Of a stretch of DNA of 64,000 nt, positions 18,011-28,766 are shown one piece after another (position 1 is the stretch's first letter; each line of letters opens with the position of its first letter). The notes beneath the pieces are model-generated. The model had not been told where the DNA came from. It made no database searches and saw only the letters and a list, made by a program, of their open reading frames with translations. This stretch comes from a virus: positions 1 through 64,000 of IMG/VR virus record IMGVR_UViG_3300031707_000006; one strand, given 5' to 3'. Both the position numbers and the translations under genes were made by a program.

Positions 18011-19624
18011 TTATAAGTTACAAACTCCATCAGGGCAATCCTCATTACCATCAAAAACTACATTTTTATGTTTTATTGCGAAAGAATATGGTACTTCTTT
18101 TAATGGCTGACCTCCTCGACTACCATCAGGATAAACTGTAATTCCCCGTAAAGATGGTAAATATTTATAGAGTAATTCTCCAAACTTTTTATAATCATTA
18201 TTACCATCTAAACCATATTGGGGAAGATTAACTGTAGAAGATATGCCATTATCTACAAAACTTTGGATAAAAGATTGAAAGTTTATTCTCCTTTCTACAT
18301 CTAAAGATAACTTATAAGCATCCTCAATACTTTCTGGATCAATTCCCTGTTCAATTAATTTTTCAGCCACAAAATCGATTATATATCTTTTTTTCCAACC
18401 ATCCGGGGTCAAATATCTTCTTTGGTATGCTACAGAAAATATTGGTTCAATACCAGAGGTCGTTTGTCCACCTGCAATTGATGTAGTTCCGTTGGGGGCG
18501 ATCGCCCTTTTAGCAATTGGGGTATTAAAATTTAATTTATCTGCCCAATGTTTTGCAGAATAATCAGATTGTTCTTTCCAAGTGGTTAACCAAGATTTTA
18601 ATTCAGGATTCTTTTCATATTTATATCCTCGAAGAAGTAACCATTCATGTAAACCCATTAAACCAAGTCCCGTTCTACGACTTTTTTCTCTTATATCCTT
18701 TACTTTAGGATAAGGAACATCTGAATATTCAGTACCAACAAGTAGAAATAATTGTCCCAATTCCGTAACATATTTCAATTCATCTAGCGTAGAAATATTA
18801 GCAAGATTAATCGATCCTAAACAGCAAGCATCACAATCATCTTCACTAACAACCTCATTACAGGCATTCCTAAGAGATTCTTTAGAGTTTAGATAATCTA
18901 TACTAAATCCTGGTTCTCCTGTCTTACACATAGATTCAATAACTTTCCAATAAACCATTGTTGCATGATTATCTTTATTATCAAAGGCAGTAAAAAATTC
19001 TTTATCTAAAATTACAGATATATTAGTCATATCCATAACTGCATGACTATCTACATCTTTTGCTTTCATTTTAACTACAGCTTCTTGCCAATTTTTTAAT
19101 TCTATAAATTCAATTATATCTTTATGTTTCCAATTCAATCCTGCCCATAATGCACTTCTTCTTTTTCCTCCAGAAATAACTCCTCTGGAAATTTCATTAA
19201 TAACATTTAAAAGAGGCAATGGGCCACTAGAAGTACCTCCGCTTCTTCTTAATATTGATCCCTTTGGTCTAATATTAGAATAATCTATTCCAACCCCTCC
19301 ACCACTCATTAACATTACAGTAACTTTTTTCATTAATTCTCCCCAACCTTCACGGGTATCCTCTGCCCTTAACATAAAACAATTATTTGTTTGGTGATAA
19401 TCTCTACCCGCTTGCGCTAAAAATCTACCTCCTGGAATAAACTTTCTATTTTCAATTAAATATTTTAAAGTACTTGGAATGTCTTTAGGCACATTTACCC
19501 CAGAAAAAACACTATCTACAACTCGATCTGCAATTTGTACCCAAGTTTCTTTTCCTGTTTCTGTTTCCCATGAATATCTCAACTCCATTATGGATGTTGA
19601 GAAATCTGTAATACTATTCATCAT
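18011..19624 (-). CDS. nrdJ: Class II (B12-dependent) ribonucleotide reductase
   Basis: FIPGGR, NNCF, GGGVGIDYS, RRSA, GEPG, NACNE, CCLGSINL, APNGTTS, SGIEP, C-terminal CPDGVC. Confidence 0.88.
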   Translation of the reverse strand: MMNSITDFSTSIMELRYSWETETGKETWVQIADRVVDSVFSGVNVPKDIPSTLKYLIENRKFIPGGRFLAQAGRDYHQTNNCFMLRAEDTREGWGELMKKVTVMLMSGGGVGIDYSNIRPKGSILRRSGGTSSGPLPLLNVINEISRGVISGGKRRSALWAGLNWKHKDIIEFIELKNWQEAVVKMKAKDVDSHAVMDMTNISVILDKEFFTAFDNKDNHATMVYWKVIESMCKTGEPGFSIDYLNSKESLRNACNEVVSEDDCDACCLGSINLANISTLDELKYVTELGQLFLLVGTEYSDVPYPKVKDIREKSRRTGLGLMGLHEWLLLRGYKYEKNPELKSWLTTWKEQSDYSAKHWADKLNFNTPIAKRAIAPNGTTSIAGGQTTSGIEPIFSVAYQRRYLTPDGWKKRYIIDFVAEKLIEQGIDPESIEDAYKLSLDVERRINFQSFIQSFVDNGISSTVNLPQYGLDGNNDYKKFGELLYKYLPSLRGITVYPDGSRGGQPLKEVPYSFAIKHKNVVFDGNEDCPDGVCNL

Positions 19625-20271
19625 ATTTTTCCCTCAATATATTTCTTATGCTATAATTAACAGAAATGTTGCCCACAGGCATATTGTTCATAGTGATATA
19701 CTTTATTTAAATCTTTTGGTTTCTCTCCATATCTACGTTCTTTATGATCTTCATTTCTTCCACATAATACACATTCGCTATAATACATTTCATACCAATG
19801 TTCCTGTTTTACTTTGTATTCTTTCTTATCTTTTTTCATATTATCCCTCTCTTCCACCCACAATGTTAACAATACCTCTAAGCAATAAGAATACCATTCT
19901 AAATATAGCATTGAACCAAGTTAAAGGATTCAATCTTAAACCATCCACAATATTCTCTGTAACATCTACTGCAACGTCATCTAAATTCCTTCTCATTTTT
20001 TCACCTCATATTAGAAATTTATACATTAAATAACTAACTACAAATCCAGAAATAACTGCTAAACAAAATACACCAAATAGCATAAATATATCATACAATT
20101 TAATTTTCATGTCATCCTTCCTTAATTACTCTATTTATAAATTTATATATTAAAACTAATATTACTAATAAAATTAATGTAGCAAAATGATCTTTTGATA
20201 TACCATCCTTATATGCAATGTATCCCCATATTACAAATAGAACAAGAATAATACTCTCTAGAATATCCATA

Positions 20272-21372
20272 TTACTCCCCGTGCAATAAAAGGAACTCAT
20301 TGTTAACCACTTTGAAAGATATCATCTGATCTATAGATCGAATTACAATTCCTTCCTGTGGAGTCCCATTGGGATAATTGCCTTTAGCTTTTTCCAATAA
20401 TTCATCCAGTTTCATATTAAAATTGGAACCCTCTGATAATGGAGGAACAAATTTCGGAAGCATATTATAGGGTTGTGTAAAAATTCTAGATACTCCAGAA
20501 AATTTTCCATCATCAAAAGTAAACGGACTTTCATATTTTTGATTGTTGATATCCCATATATTAAAGATAAATAAATCAATGCTTTCTAATCCTACTTTAT
20601 TTCCCTGAATTCCTGGCCCACAGATTTCACCTTGTATAGCATATCCTTCTGGCAACCATTCTTCTATATGATACTTAGCTACCATATTCCAGTATACATC
20701 TGTTTTAGGAATTTTATAATGCAAGAATTTAATTTTGAAACTATGGATTAGTTTCTTTACAAAACCTTTAGGTGTTCTAGGATCAAGTAATAACATATTT
20801 CGAGAACACACTCCGAATTTACCATTATATCTGAAAAAAGAAGCGCTCATCCCGTCCAATTTTTGTGTAATATAATAAGACTTACCGTGTAGATTTTCCA
20901 GTAACCAGGGTTCAGATTGTATTCTTACTTCATCTGTTTTTCTAAGAAATGATGGGAAACTTCTCCCTTTTCTAGTACCTGCCCAATTACTACTAGGACT
21001 TCCAGGTAGCTGTTTCTCATACTTTTCTATACCCAATATGGGAGTTACATCTGCTCCTATCTCAATTTTAACTAGATCCCCGTAGGAATCTAGGATAGAT
21101 ATTGGAAGAACAAGTCCCTGAGAGGTAACTTTCCTCAATCGTACAGTTCTTAAGCGATATTGTTTATCGTCTGTATTTGGTTTAAATAAGAATTCAGACC
21201 AATCTTTTCTAGGCAATAATGCATCTATTTCTAGATAGATACACAAATCTCCTGAGACAAATTCACCTTTTTTTACTACTACTTGCCACCCCAAGACCAC
21301 CGCTGTTTCGATCTGATTTGCGTCAGGTATTGGTCTTATTTCTTTAATTTCTTGTATTGTTGCAAGTGTCAT
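20272..21372 (-). CDS. RNA ligase (Rnl2/DRB0094 family)
   Basis: N-terminal OB-like domain, KTDEVRIQ, TQKLDGMS motif I, QGEICGPGIQGN, EGIVIR, FKVVN. Confidence 0.88.
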   Translation of the reverse strand: MTLATIQEIKEIRPIPDANQIETAVVLGWQVVVKKGEFVSGDLCIYLEIDALLPRKDWSEFLFKPNTDDKQYRLRTVRLRKVTSQGLVLPISILDSYGDLVKIEIGADVTPILGIEKYEKQLPGSPSSNWAGTRKGRSFPSFLRKTDEVRIQSEPWLLENLHGKSYYITQKLDGMSASFFRYNGKFGVCSRNMLLLDPRTPKGFVKKLIHSFKIKFLHYKIPKTDVYWNMVAKYHIEEWLPEGYAIQGEICGPGIQGNKVGLESIDLFIFNIWDINNQKYESPFTFDDGKFSGVSRIFTQPYNMLPKFVPPLSEGSNFNMKLDELLEKAKGNYPNGTPQEGIVIRSIDQMISFKVVNNEFLLLHGE

Positions 21373-21765
21373 ATTAACCTTCTAATTCATCTGTCCAAAA
21401 TTCAGGACATTGCCAACCATACTCATCAAGATTATCTAACCATTTACGTTTAAAATTAGCAGTTGGTAATAAGACTTCGATTACACTCACCAAATCTAAT
21501 GAGCGTCCCTCCATAATTAATTGATCATTTAGATATAAACCCTGCCAATCATTAACTTCCAGTAGTCGGATTTTCATTGCCTTTTATCCTTTCTTTTTCT
21601 ACCCCAATAGCATATCTTAGTCGCTGTAAAATAGCTTCTTGTGTGTTAAAACAGCCCAGTATATATCCAACATTATAATCACTTTGTCCTTCAAAATTTT
21701 GCATTTCAACATCCTCAAACATTCCTATATAATCTTCTAACCATTGTAATAAACCTGGATACATA

Positions 21766-22521
21766 TTACACCCCTTCTATCCTTTCCTTTGCAATATTAA
21801 AATATTTTTTATCCATTTCTATACCTATAAAGTTTCTACCTGTTTGTACACATGCTACACCAGTTGTACCACTACCCATACAGAAATCCAGTACAATATC
21901 ATCAGGATTACTATATGTTTTTATAAGATATTCATAGAGGGCAACAGGCTTTTGAGTGGGATGCGGTGGATTATGTTCAGACCCAATTTCGAGTAAACTA
22001 CCAGGAAAATTCTCAAACGGAATGATGCGATCAAGTTTATTGGATGGTCTATCATATCGATGTTCTGAATTGTACATTTGCGGACGATGCCACTTTTTAT
22101 CCACTCGCACCAGCCCTTGTGGGTTATATATCATCCTGTTCTCAGAGTGCCCATCATGGGCAATCATCCCACTTGAGAAAACAATAATATTCTCATGCTG
22201 TCTTATGGGCGAGTTTTTGGCATGGAAGAAATTAAAACCCTTACTTTTTTTCCAAATCCACTCATATTTGAACCACTTTAGATTGCTCATTACTAATGCA
22301 CTTGTGAAAGGTTGACTTGCCGTAGTGATGAATGCCCCGTGCGGTTTCAATATACGTCTAACTTCTTTCCACATTGGTTCAAACGGAATAATTACATCCC
22401 ACTTACAAGCAGTAGTTCCATATGGCAAATCAGTAGCAATCAAATCTACACTTTGTGCTGGTAAAGTTGGCAGTATATCCAAACAATCACCAAGATATAA
22501 CGTTACATCAACTGTTGCCAT
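21766..22521 (-). CDS. DNA N4-C/N6-A methyltransferase (beta class)
   Basis: DLPYG motif IV, HPTQKP, VLDFCMGSGTTG motif I. Confidence 0.92.
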   Translation of the reverse strand: MATVDVTLYLGDCLDILPTLPAQSVDLIATDLPYGTTACKWDVIIPFEPMWKEVRRILKPHGAFITTASQPFTSALVMSNLKWFKYEWIWKKSKGFNFFHAKNSPIRQHENIIVFSSGMIAHDGHSENRMIYNPQGLVRVDKKWHRPQMYNSEHRYDRPSNKLDRIIPFENFPGSLLEIGSEHNPPHPTQKPVALYEYLIKTYSNPDDIVLDFCMGSGTTGVACVQTGRNFIGIEMDKKYFNIAKERIEGV

Positions 22522-22556
22522 AAAAATGCCTTATAGAAAGTTATAAACTGAAATTA

Positions 22557-22946
22557 TCACGCTATTCTCTCATTTGCGATATTAAAATACTTTTCATCCA
22601 TTATTTCCTTTACGAAAACTTTTAGATGATACTTCTTAGCAGTATCTATCATGTTTTTTGTGCCCTTACTTATACCATCCCAAATAGCAATTAGTGCATC
22701 TGCATTTTTAGCCATTTGCTCATTACGAATCGGGCCAGCAGCAGTACCATATCTTTCCCAATCTGCTAAAAAAGAACTAACTGGTATATCATTACTCATT
22801 GCGTAACCTAATCCTAAACTATCTACGCCCTTTGCACCACCATATACTACCACAGAAATTTGATCTTTCCAACCAGACTCTTCTATAGTAGTTTCTAGAA
22901 GTGCATAATCATCTATCGTCCTACTTCCAGCAATAATAACTCTCAT
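22557..22946 (-). CDS. SLOG/YspA-like (DUF2493) protein
   Basis: IIAGSR, GGAKGVD, AAGPIRNEQM, WDGISKGTKNM. Confidence 0.85.
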   Translation of the reverse strand: MRVIIAGSRTIDDYALLETTIEESGWKDQISVVVYGGAKGVDSLGLGYAMSNDIPVSSFLADWERYGTAAGPIRNEQMAKNADALIAIWDGISKGTKNMIDTAKKYHLKVFVKEIMDEKYFNIANERIA

Positions 22947-24595
22947 ATATTCTTTTTCATTTCTTTTGTTAATTCTACAAAGGTTTCTGTTTGTCCTAAA
23001 TTAAGATATCGAGTAAGCCACATACTGTGAAATTGTGCGGATGATTTCTTAATCTGATTAGGAGTTATGTAGTCTATTCTGTGATCTGGAATTATTTTTT
23101 CACAACCATATTTTCTTATGGCATCAATTACCCATAAACTATAATCAGCTGGAATCAATAGGGCGAGGGGTAAATTATATTCTATACATTTTTCAAAGAA
23201 CTTTTTCTTTAAACTATTCCCGCTAAACGCCAACTTACCATTTCTTCTAACTAAAAATATATGATTATTTTTTAGTTCTAAACAATACACAAGATCATTA
23301 TATTGAACTATAGATTTTCTTTTTCCGAGAAATGCCCTTTTTTGTTTTGCCAAACAACCTTTATATCCTTTATTCGTTTTATCATAAATATATGAAGCAA
23401 AACTTCCCAACTTTACAGAAATTTCTACTAGATCGTTTGCTAATCTTCTAGATACTGTATAGAAATATCTTCCACCCATACTCATACAACCATCCCCAAA
23501 TAAATACCATTTCAACAAAATATCCAGAAATCTTGGTGACAACTCTTTTAGATTAGATGGAATAAATTTAGTATGAGAATTTCCAAACTGATGTAAATAT
23601 GTCCAAAGTTGAACACTGGAAATTTCAAACATACTAATTTCACCGGGATATTTGCGTTCTCTCACGTTAAAAGGAAGTTTACTAAGAAGTTCTCTAATAA
23701 TAGTTGCATTAGGTTCTTTTTGTTTTATAGAAACTTCATAAAGATGTTTTTGTTTCCCCTTATGATTTTCAAATTCTTCTTTCGTTGATCCTCTAGTACA
23801 TCCTTCTGAAACCCAAATACCAAAGAAAGCACACCAATCCTCCATTTTTACCTTAATTTCTTCAAATACTCTTTGTTGTTTATTATAAATTAGGGAGACA
23901 CTTGGAACAACAAAATATTCTTCTTCTTTCCCTTTCCATATAAATCCAGAACGGTTAAGACAGTGAGGAGATTTTACGTCACTTGCTAAGATTAATTCCT
24001 TAGATTTAGTATCCCTACCCTTTCCATATATTTTATTTGTAGTAATAACGTCTCCTTTATTATTAACCGCATAAATTCTATGATTGGGTGTTACTAATAA
24101 ATCCACTAATTTATTTTTGAAATAAATCATTTCTCCTTGATACGGGCTACTAATAACATTTTTTACATCATCCCAGGATATTTCCAGAGAATTTGAATCA
24201 AGACTAAGCACTCTATCAGCAACAGACACATCTTTAAGCAATTTCCATCCGTTATTAGTTAAGGTTTCCGTCTGAGAGTCGTAACAAAAGGGAGGATTAG
24301 TTATAATACAAGTCGCATTCCAATCTAAAATTAATTTATCAGGTATTGGATCAGATAGAAAGTTACAATTATAATTCATATCTGTAAGCCTAATATCAGA
24401 AGTAAATACACTATAACCATTTACTTTAAATACATTAGCCAGTCTGTGTTCTCCTGCGGCACATTCCCATATAATTTCAAACCGATGATTTATAAAAGGA
24501 AGAAGTAATTCTGTGGCATATCGAGGAGTAGAAAACATATCACGTCTTTGAACTGTCCCTGGAGTTTGTTTTTGTGGCTTCTTTGGTTTATTCAT
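22943..24595 (-). CDS. DNA adenine methyltransferase containing an intein
   Basis: TPRYAT, IWECAAG motif I, ITNPPF motif IV; extein resumes SLKKKF...LALLIP. Confidence 0.8.
   Translation of the reverse strand: MNKPKKPQKQTPGTVQRRDMFSTPRYATELLLPFINHRFEIIWECAAGEHRLANVFKVNGYSVFTSDIRLTDMNYNCNFLSDPIPDKLILDWNATCIITNPPFCYDSQTETLTNNGWKLLKDVSVADRVLSLDSNSLEISWDDVKNVISSPYQGEMIYFKNKLVDLLVTPNHRIYAVNNKGDVITTNKIYGKGRDTKSKELILASDVKSPHCLNRSGFIWKGKEEEYFVVPSVSLIYNKQQRVFEEIKVKMEDWCAFFGIWVSEGCTRGSTKEEFENHKGKQKHLYEVSIKQKEPNATIIRELLSKLPFNVRERKYPGEISMFEISSVQLWTYLHQFGNSHTKFIPSNLKELSPRFLDILLKWYLFGDGCMSMGGRYFYTVSRRLANDLVEISVKLGSFASYIYDKTNKGYKGCLAKQKRAFLGKRKSIVQYNDLVYCLELKNNHIFLVRRNGKLAFSGNSLKKKFFEKCIEYNLPLALLIPADYSLWVIDAIRKYGCEKIIPDHRIDYITPNQIKKSSAQFHSMWLTRYLNLGQTETFVELTKEMKKNI
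23216..24286 (-). mobile_element. Intein with LAGLIDADG-type endonuclease (357 aa)
   Basis: Starts CYDSQTETLT, contains VTPNHR, GIWVSEG, LFGDG; ends LAFSGN before Ser. Confidence 0.88.
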
Positions 24596-25092
24596 TTTAC
24601 TAATTCTTCGTTATAGTCTTCCTTCCAATCTAAATCATCTATATCCCAATAAGATAATTGTGAATACCCTTTAACAATCCCTCCAGTACTGCCTCTTGCT
24701 GTTTTAATTTGATGAATTTTATCTCGATTAACTTCTACTACTGCGGGAGTAATTACAGGTACTAATACTAATTGAGCAATTGCAGTACCATGTTGAAGAA
24801 TTAATTCAGTATCCCAACCATTATAGATCTTTACTAGAATTTCCCCTTGGTAACTACTATCGATAATTCCTGCACCTACTAAATAATCACTACCACTTTT
24901 AGGCCAAATTTGGCCCACATACCCTTTAGGAATTTCAATAGTTATCCCTGTTTGTAATGCTTTAAAAGTAAATGGATGGACTACTGAATATTTTTCAGGA
25001 GAATAATTATATAAATCCAAACCCGCATCTGTGGGAAATTTCCGAGTAGGCAGTACTGTGTAATCATACAACTTACAAACTTTTATAAGCAT
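24592..25092 (-). CDS. dut: Trimeric dUTPase
   Basis: DAGLDL, PKSG, GIIDSSYQGE, AQLV, RGSTGG. Confidence 0.92.
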   Translation of the reverse strand: MLIKVCKLYDYTVLPTRKFPTDAGLDLYNYSPEKYSVVHPFTFKALQTGITIEIPKGYVGQIWPKSGSDYLVGAGIIDSSYQGEILVKIYNGWDTELILQHGTAIAQLVLVPVITPAVVEVNRDKIHQIKTARGSTGGIVKGYSQLSYWDIDDLDWKEDYNEELVK

Positions 25093-25607
25093 TTTAATAT
25101 CTCCATTAGTGAATAAATCCTAATTACATTTTCTTTTTCCCAATTTTGATTCCAGGGCTTATCTTTTAAGAATATTTTTATTGTGTCTGGAATTTTCTTT
25201 ATATTTTTAATTTGATCTTCTGTAAAGGCAATGATATTTAATCTGGAAATTTCTACCTCTTTTTTATCAGTAAGAATCAAGTTCTCAGGATAAGGTAAAC
25301 TCTCTCTTTTCAACCAGTTCTGTGTAGCAATTAAAATTTCTGGAGGACGATTAGTAATATAATAAATATTATATTTTTCTGCCAGATAATTTAGCACCAC
25401 CAAATCTTGTGGTGTTATTTTCTCACAACTATAAAGAGTCTCTATCTTTATAAAATTCTTCCAGAATTCCTCTGTATAGTATTTAAGATGATTGCCCCAA
25501 AATTCAGTATAAGTTGCACTTAATCTATGATAGACTTGTAACTCTCTATATGCAGGATCAGCAAAGTTATAGAGTACATCATCCAGATCAAATCCTATTG
25601 ATTCCAT
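25083..25607 (-). CDS. HAD-family 5'(3')-deoxyribonucleotidase-like phosphatase
   Basis: FDLDDVL, YITNR, EDQ, KPWN. Confidence 0.8.
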   Translation of the reverse strand: MESIGFDLDDVLYNFADPAYRELQVYHRLSATYTEFWGNHLKYYTEEFWKNFIKIETLYSCEKITPQDLVVLNYLAEKYNIYYITNRPPEILIATQNWLKRESLPYPENLILTDKKEVEISRLNIIAFTEDQIKNIKKIPDTIKIFLKDKPWNQNWEKENVIRIYSLMEILKCL

Positions 25608-25821
25608 TTTCTTCTTCCCAAATCTTCTGCCTTAAATATACAGCCATATCTAAACATTCAAAATAAGCATCTCTAAGTGCTTTTCTCCCATTGAAAGGTT
25701 GTAACCTTGTACCATAAGTCTGCATACCAATCTGATCTCTTTGTTTCATATCTTCAATAACTAGATCCCACATAGCAGGAAGATCATTCCTAATCGGTGT
25801 AGGTTCTTCTTGATTATCCAT
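25588..25821 (-). CDS. Small all-alpha NTP-pyrophosphatase-like phage protein
   Basis: RDQIGMQTYGT...DAYFECLDMAVYL. Confidence 0.5.
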   Translation of the reverse strand: MDNQEEPTPIRNDLPAMWDLVIEDMKQRDQIGMQTYGTRLQPFNGRKALRDAYFECLDMAVYLRQKIWEEENGINRI

Positions 25822-26165
25822 TTTATTTTCCTTTATGCATCCACAGGTTTACTACTTGCAGCAAATATTTCACAAAATTTGATATAATTTTCAATATTAA
25901 TTCCTAGATCATAAATCTTAACTTCTAGAATATTTACATACTCAGCAATTGCATCACCATTTATCCAACCATCTTCCTCAATCTGCCCATCTCCTTTCAA
26001 GGGGGCTAATGCAACAAATCCAATATCATCATGCAGTAATTTCCACTTTTTCATAATATTGCATCCACATTATGCGTGTAGTTAATTACCCAGGTAAATC
26101 TAGATTCTAATAGTTTTTTTAGAGCATCTTTATCATAACCTTGACGCTGTTCCAAATCAAAAATC

Positions 26166-27086
26166 TCATTTACTAACGTATCTATCATATTTAAAACCTG
26201 CTCGTCCATTTTTATCTCCTAGTTCAAAAATATATTTTGACTTTTCCTTAATTAGATCTTGAAATTGCTCTTTTGTCCCACCATCCCTAAAAAAGTATGA
26301 TGGTGAATATCCTTTATCGAACTCCCAAAAGTTATATAATTTTGTTCTATATATTCCTAAATGTTGTACAACCTTTCTACTACCAATTTCTCCGCCTTGA
26401 TCATTATCGTAAGAAATGATTATCTCCTTACAGTTAATGAATTTAGAATACCATTCTGGCAACCAGGTCTCTGCACCTGTATCACAACAAACTGCTGGTA
26501 TACCTTGCTGTGCTAAAGCTAAGACATCATTTGGCCCTTCTACCACTACTACAAAATCCGTCACTCTCAATACACCTTCGTTGAATAATAGCGGTGGTAC
26601 TCCTCGATACCAACGTGCTACTTCTTTTTTTGGTAAGTCCCTTCTTTTCTGGAATTGCCTGAAAGTGCCATCCATGAAGATAGGGATTAGATACCAACTA
26701 TCATACCACCCCAATTGAAATCTTTGAATTGTGATGTCTGTAAACTTTCTGGTGTACCAATATTCTCTATGATATTTTCCTAACTCATAAAATGCCTCGA
26801 TCAAAGCAGGATAAACAATTACATCCTCTTGATTAGTTGTAGTTAAAACATAGGTCGATGAATACCCCAACAACTTTAAATACTCACGGGCCTCAACCTC
26901 TGGCAGTCCCCTCACATTCATAAGGTAATGAAGAGCGTCACCAACTAATCCTTTCGAATTGAAGAAATACAACTGCTTCTGCTTGTCAATTACAAGCGAG
27001 GAGTGGTCACTCGATCTGCCCCAACGGGTTGATGAATAATCAATTCCAAAATCCTCACTAATTAGTTTTTCAAGTATCGTTTCCAT
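26166..27086 (-). CDS. DNA primase (TOPRIM)
   Basis: VVVEGPNDVLAL, SYDNDQGG, degenerate Zn-binding N-terminus. Confidence 0.85.
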   Translation of the reverse strand: METILEKLISEDFGIDYSSTRWGRSSDHSSLVIDKQKQLYFFNSKGLVGDALHYLMNVRGLPEVEAREYLKLLGYSSTYVLTTTNQEDVIVYPALIEAFYELGKYHREYWYTRKFTDITIQRFQLGWYDSWYLIPIFMDGTFRQFQKRRDLPKKEVARWYRGVPPLLFNEGVLRVTDFVVVVEGPNDVLALAQQGIPAVCCDTGAETWLPEWYSKFINCKEIIISYDNDQGGEIGSRKVVQHLGIYRTKLYNFWEFDKGYSPSYFFRDGGTKEQFQDLIKEKSKYIFELGDKNGRAGFKYDRYVSK

Positions 27087-27246
27087 AATTCTCCAAATTA
27101 GAATCAGCTTGATGTCTTTTTAAGATCTCAGTGCGCTTCTTTTCTAAAATCTTTTGGATTAATTTCACACTATCCCCATCTTTTCTCATGCCATATTTTC
27201 TTTTATTAATTTTACGATCTCTTTTAATACATTTACTTAGTTTCAT

Positions 27247-27621
27247 TTAAATCTTTTCACAAATATAATAAGGAAATTCAGAAATACTAAAAAATATTCT
27301 CCTAATCCCTCTTTTCCTAAGAAGATTATAGCAATTATTGCATGGTCTAGCTAGCATAGGATTTCCATTATGATCCTCTCTATAGACATATACTGTAGCC
27401 CCGATCAAATCATATTTACCTGAAATTGTAACAGCTCTATATTCAGCATGAAAACTCTTTTGAAATGTGCCTAAATTTGATGGATGTGTTTTATTAAGAT
27501 TACATGCAGCAGAAAAAGGTTTTTTCTTAGCAATTATACATCCAACCCTTATAGAATGATCAGAAAATTTGCTTATGTTTCTTGCTAATTTAAAATATCC
27601 TATATTCAATAAACTGTTCAC
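27247..27621 (-). CDS. CMP/dCMP deaminase family protein
   Basis: HAE and PCNNC zinc motifs. Confidence 0.85.
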   Translation of the reverse strand: MNSLLNIGYFKLARNISKFSDHSIRVGCIIAKKKPFSAACNLNKTHPSNLGTFQKSFHAEYRAVTISGKYDLIGATVYVYREDHNGNPMLARPCNNCYNLLRKRGIRRIFFSISEFPYYICEKI

Positions 27622-28385
27622 TTACTTCTTCTAGCTCTCTTTGGAAGTTTTACAACCAGGATAGCCGTACCATTTTTATACTCTGTATTACATTTTGGAC
27701 AATAAGTAATTAATTTATTATTTTCGATCTTTGTTCTAAGGTGAATGTTACAATCTTTACATCTCATCTGCATCTACTCCATCTGTACAATACTCTCCTG
27801 TATAAGATTCTGTCACAAATAAAGTGACAGATAATTCATCATCCGGATATTTTTGGAATAACCAACCACCCGTCTCCAGGTCAGCATATTCAGTATCATA
27901 TCTGGTCTCTGTATAAAGAAGGACTAGATGTTCTCTAAGAAAGTCTAGTAGATCCCAACCACCCTCAAACGACCTATAACCAGCCCCAAAATGGCCTTCG
28001 ATAAACTCTAATGCTCTACCTACATCTACTAAGTTTAATAATTTTCTAATTTTCAGTTCCCGTTCTGGTGTTAACATATTTTCTCCTTTTAATCTATTCT
28101 AGATAAATCTAATTGTTTCAATATTTTATTTTTTAGTTCTATTTCTACTTCTTGCAGACTACTGCCTTTTACTAATCTCCAGACCTTTAAACATAATTTA
28201 CAATAGATAAATAATTGATTATCTGTAATGGTTTTATTTCTTCCAATACACGAATTACAATGGGGACACTTCATTTATCCTTAGGGCCTTTTATACGCAA
28301 GATAATAAATGTAAGTAAATATCCTGATATTCCAAACAATAAACTGATTAAAATTACTCTTATTATTTCCATATTTTCGTCTTAG

Positions 28386-28460
28386 TCGAGGATGTAGAAA
28401 TCGAATCTACCTATTGACAATGTATATAAGACATTCGCTTCACCAGCCAGCCCATCCTCG
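28386..28460 (-). tRNA. tRNA-Ile(UAU), atypical
   Basis: Acceptor CGAGGAT/ATCCTCG, anticodon arm AATGT-CTTATAT-ACATT, T arm GTAGA-TTCGATT-TCTAC; no encoded CCA. Confidence 0.7.
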
Positions 28461-28713
28461 GTTAACATTTAAGCCACCCCATAAGATAAGCAGCATTGAG
28501 ATTAAAGACGATCTCATCCACTTCTATCGGTTTAAGAGATAAAGGTAAAGACATCATTATTATTTCCTTAAAGAAAATATTATAACAACTTGAACATAAA
28601 TTCACACGGTATGGTGCTTTAGGAAATTCTTTTTCATTCATTTCGTATTGCCTATCTAACCTTTCTAAATAATAATCAACTCTTTCCATGTTCATATTAA
28701 ACCTCTATTAAGA

Positions 28714-28750
28714 TAAAAAGCAGAACCTTTTTGTGTGGGAAGATCCTGCG
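28714..28750 (-). terminator. Intrinsic terminator
   Basis: GCAGGATCTT/AAGGTTCTGC stem followed by TTTTTAT on the minus strand. Confidence 0.6.
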
Positions 28751-28766
28751 GGAAACCCGAACTAGA

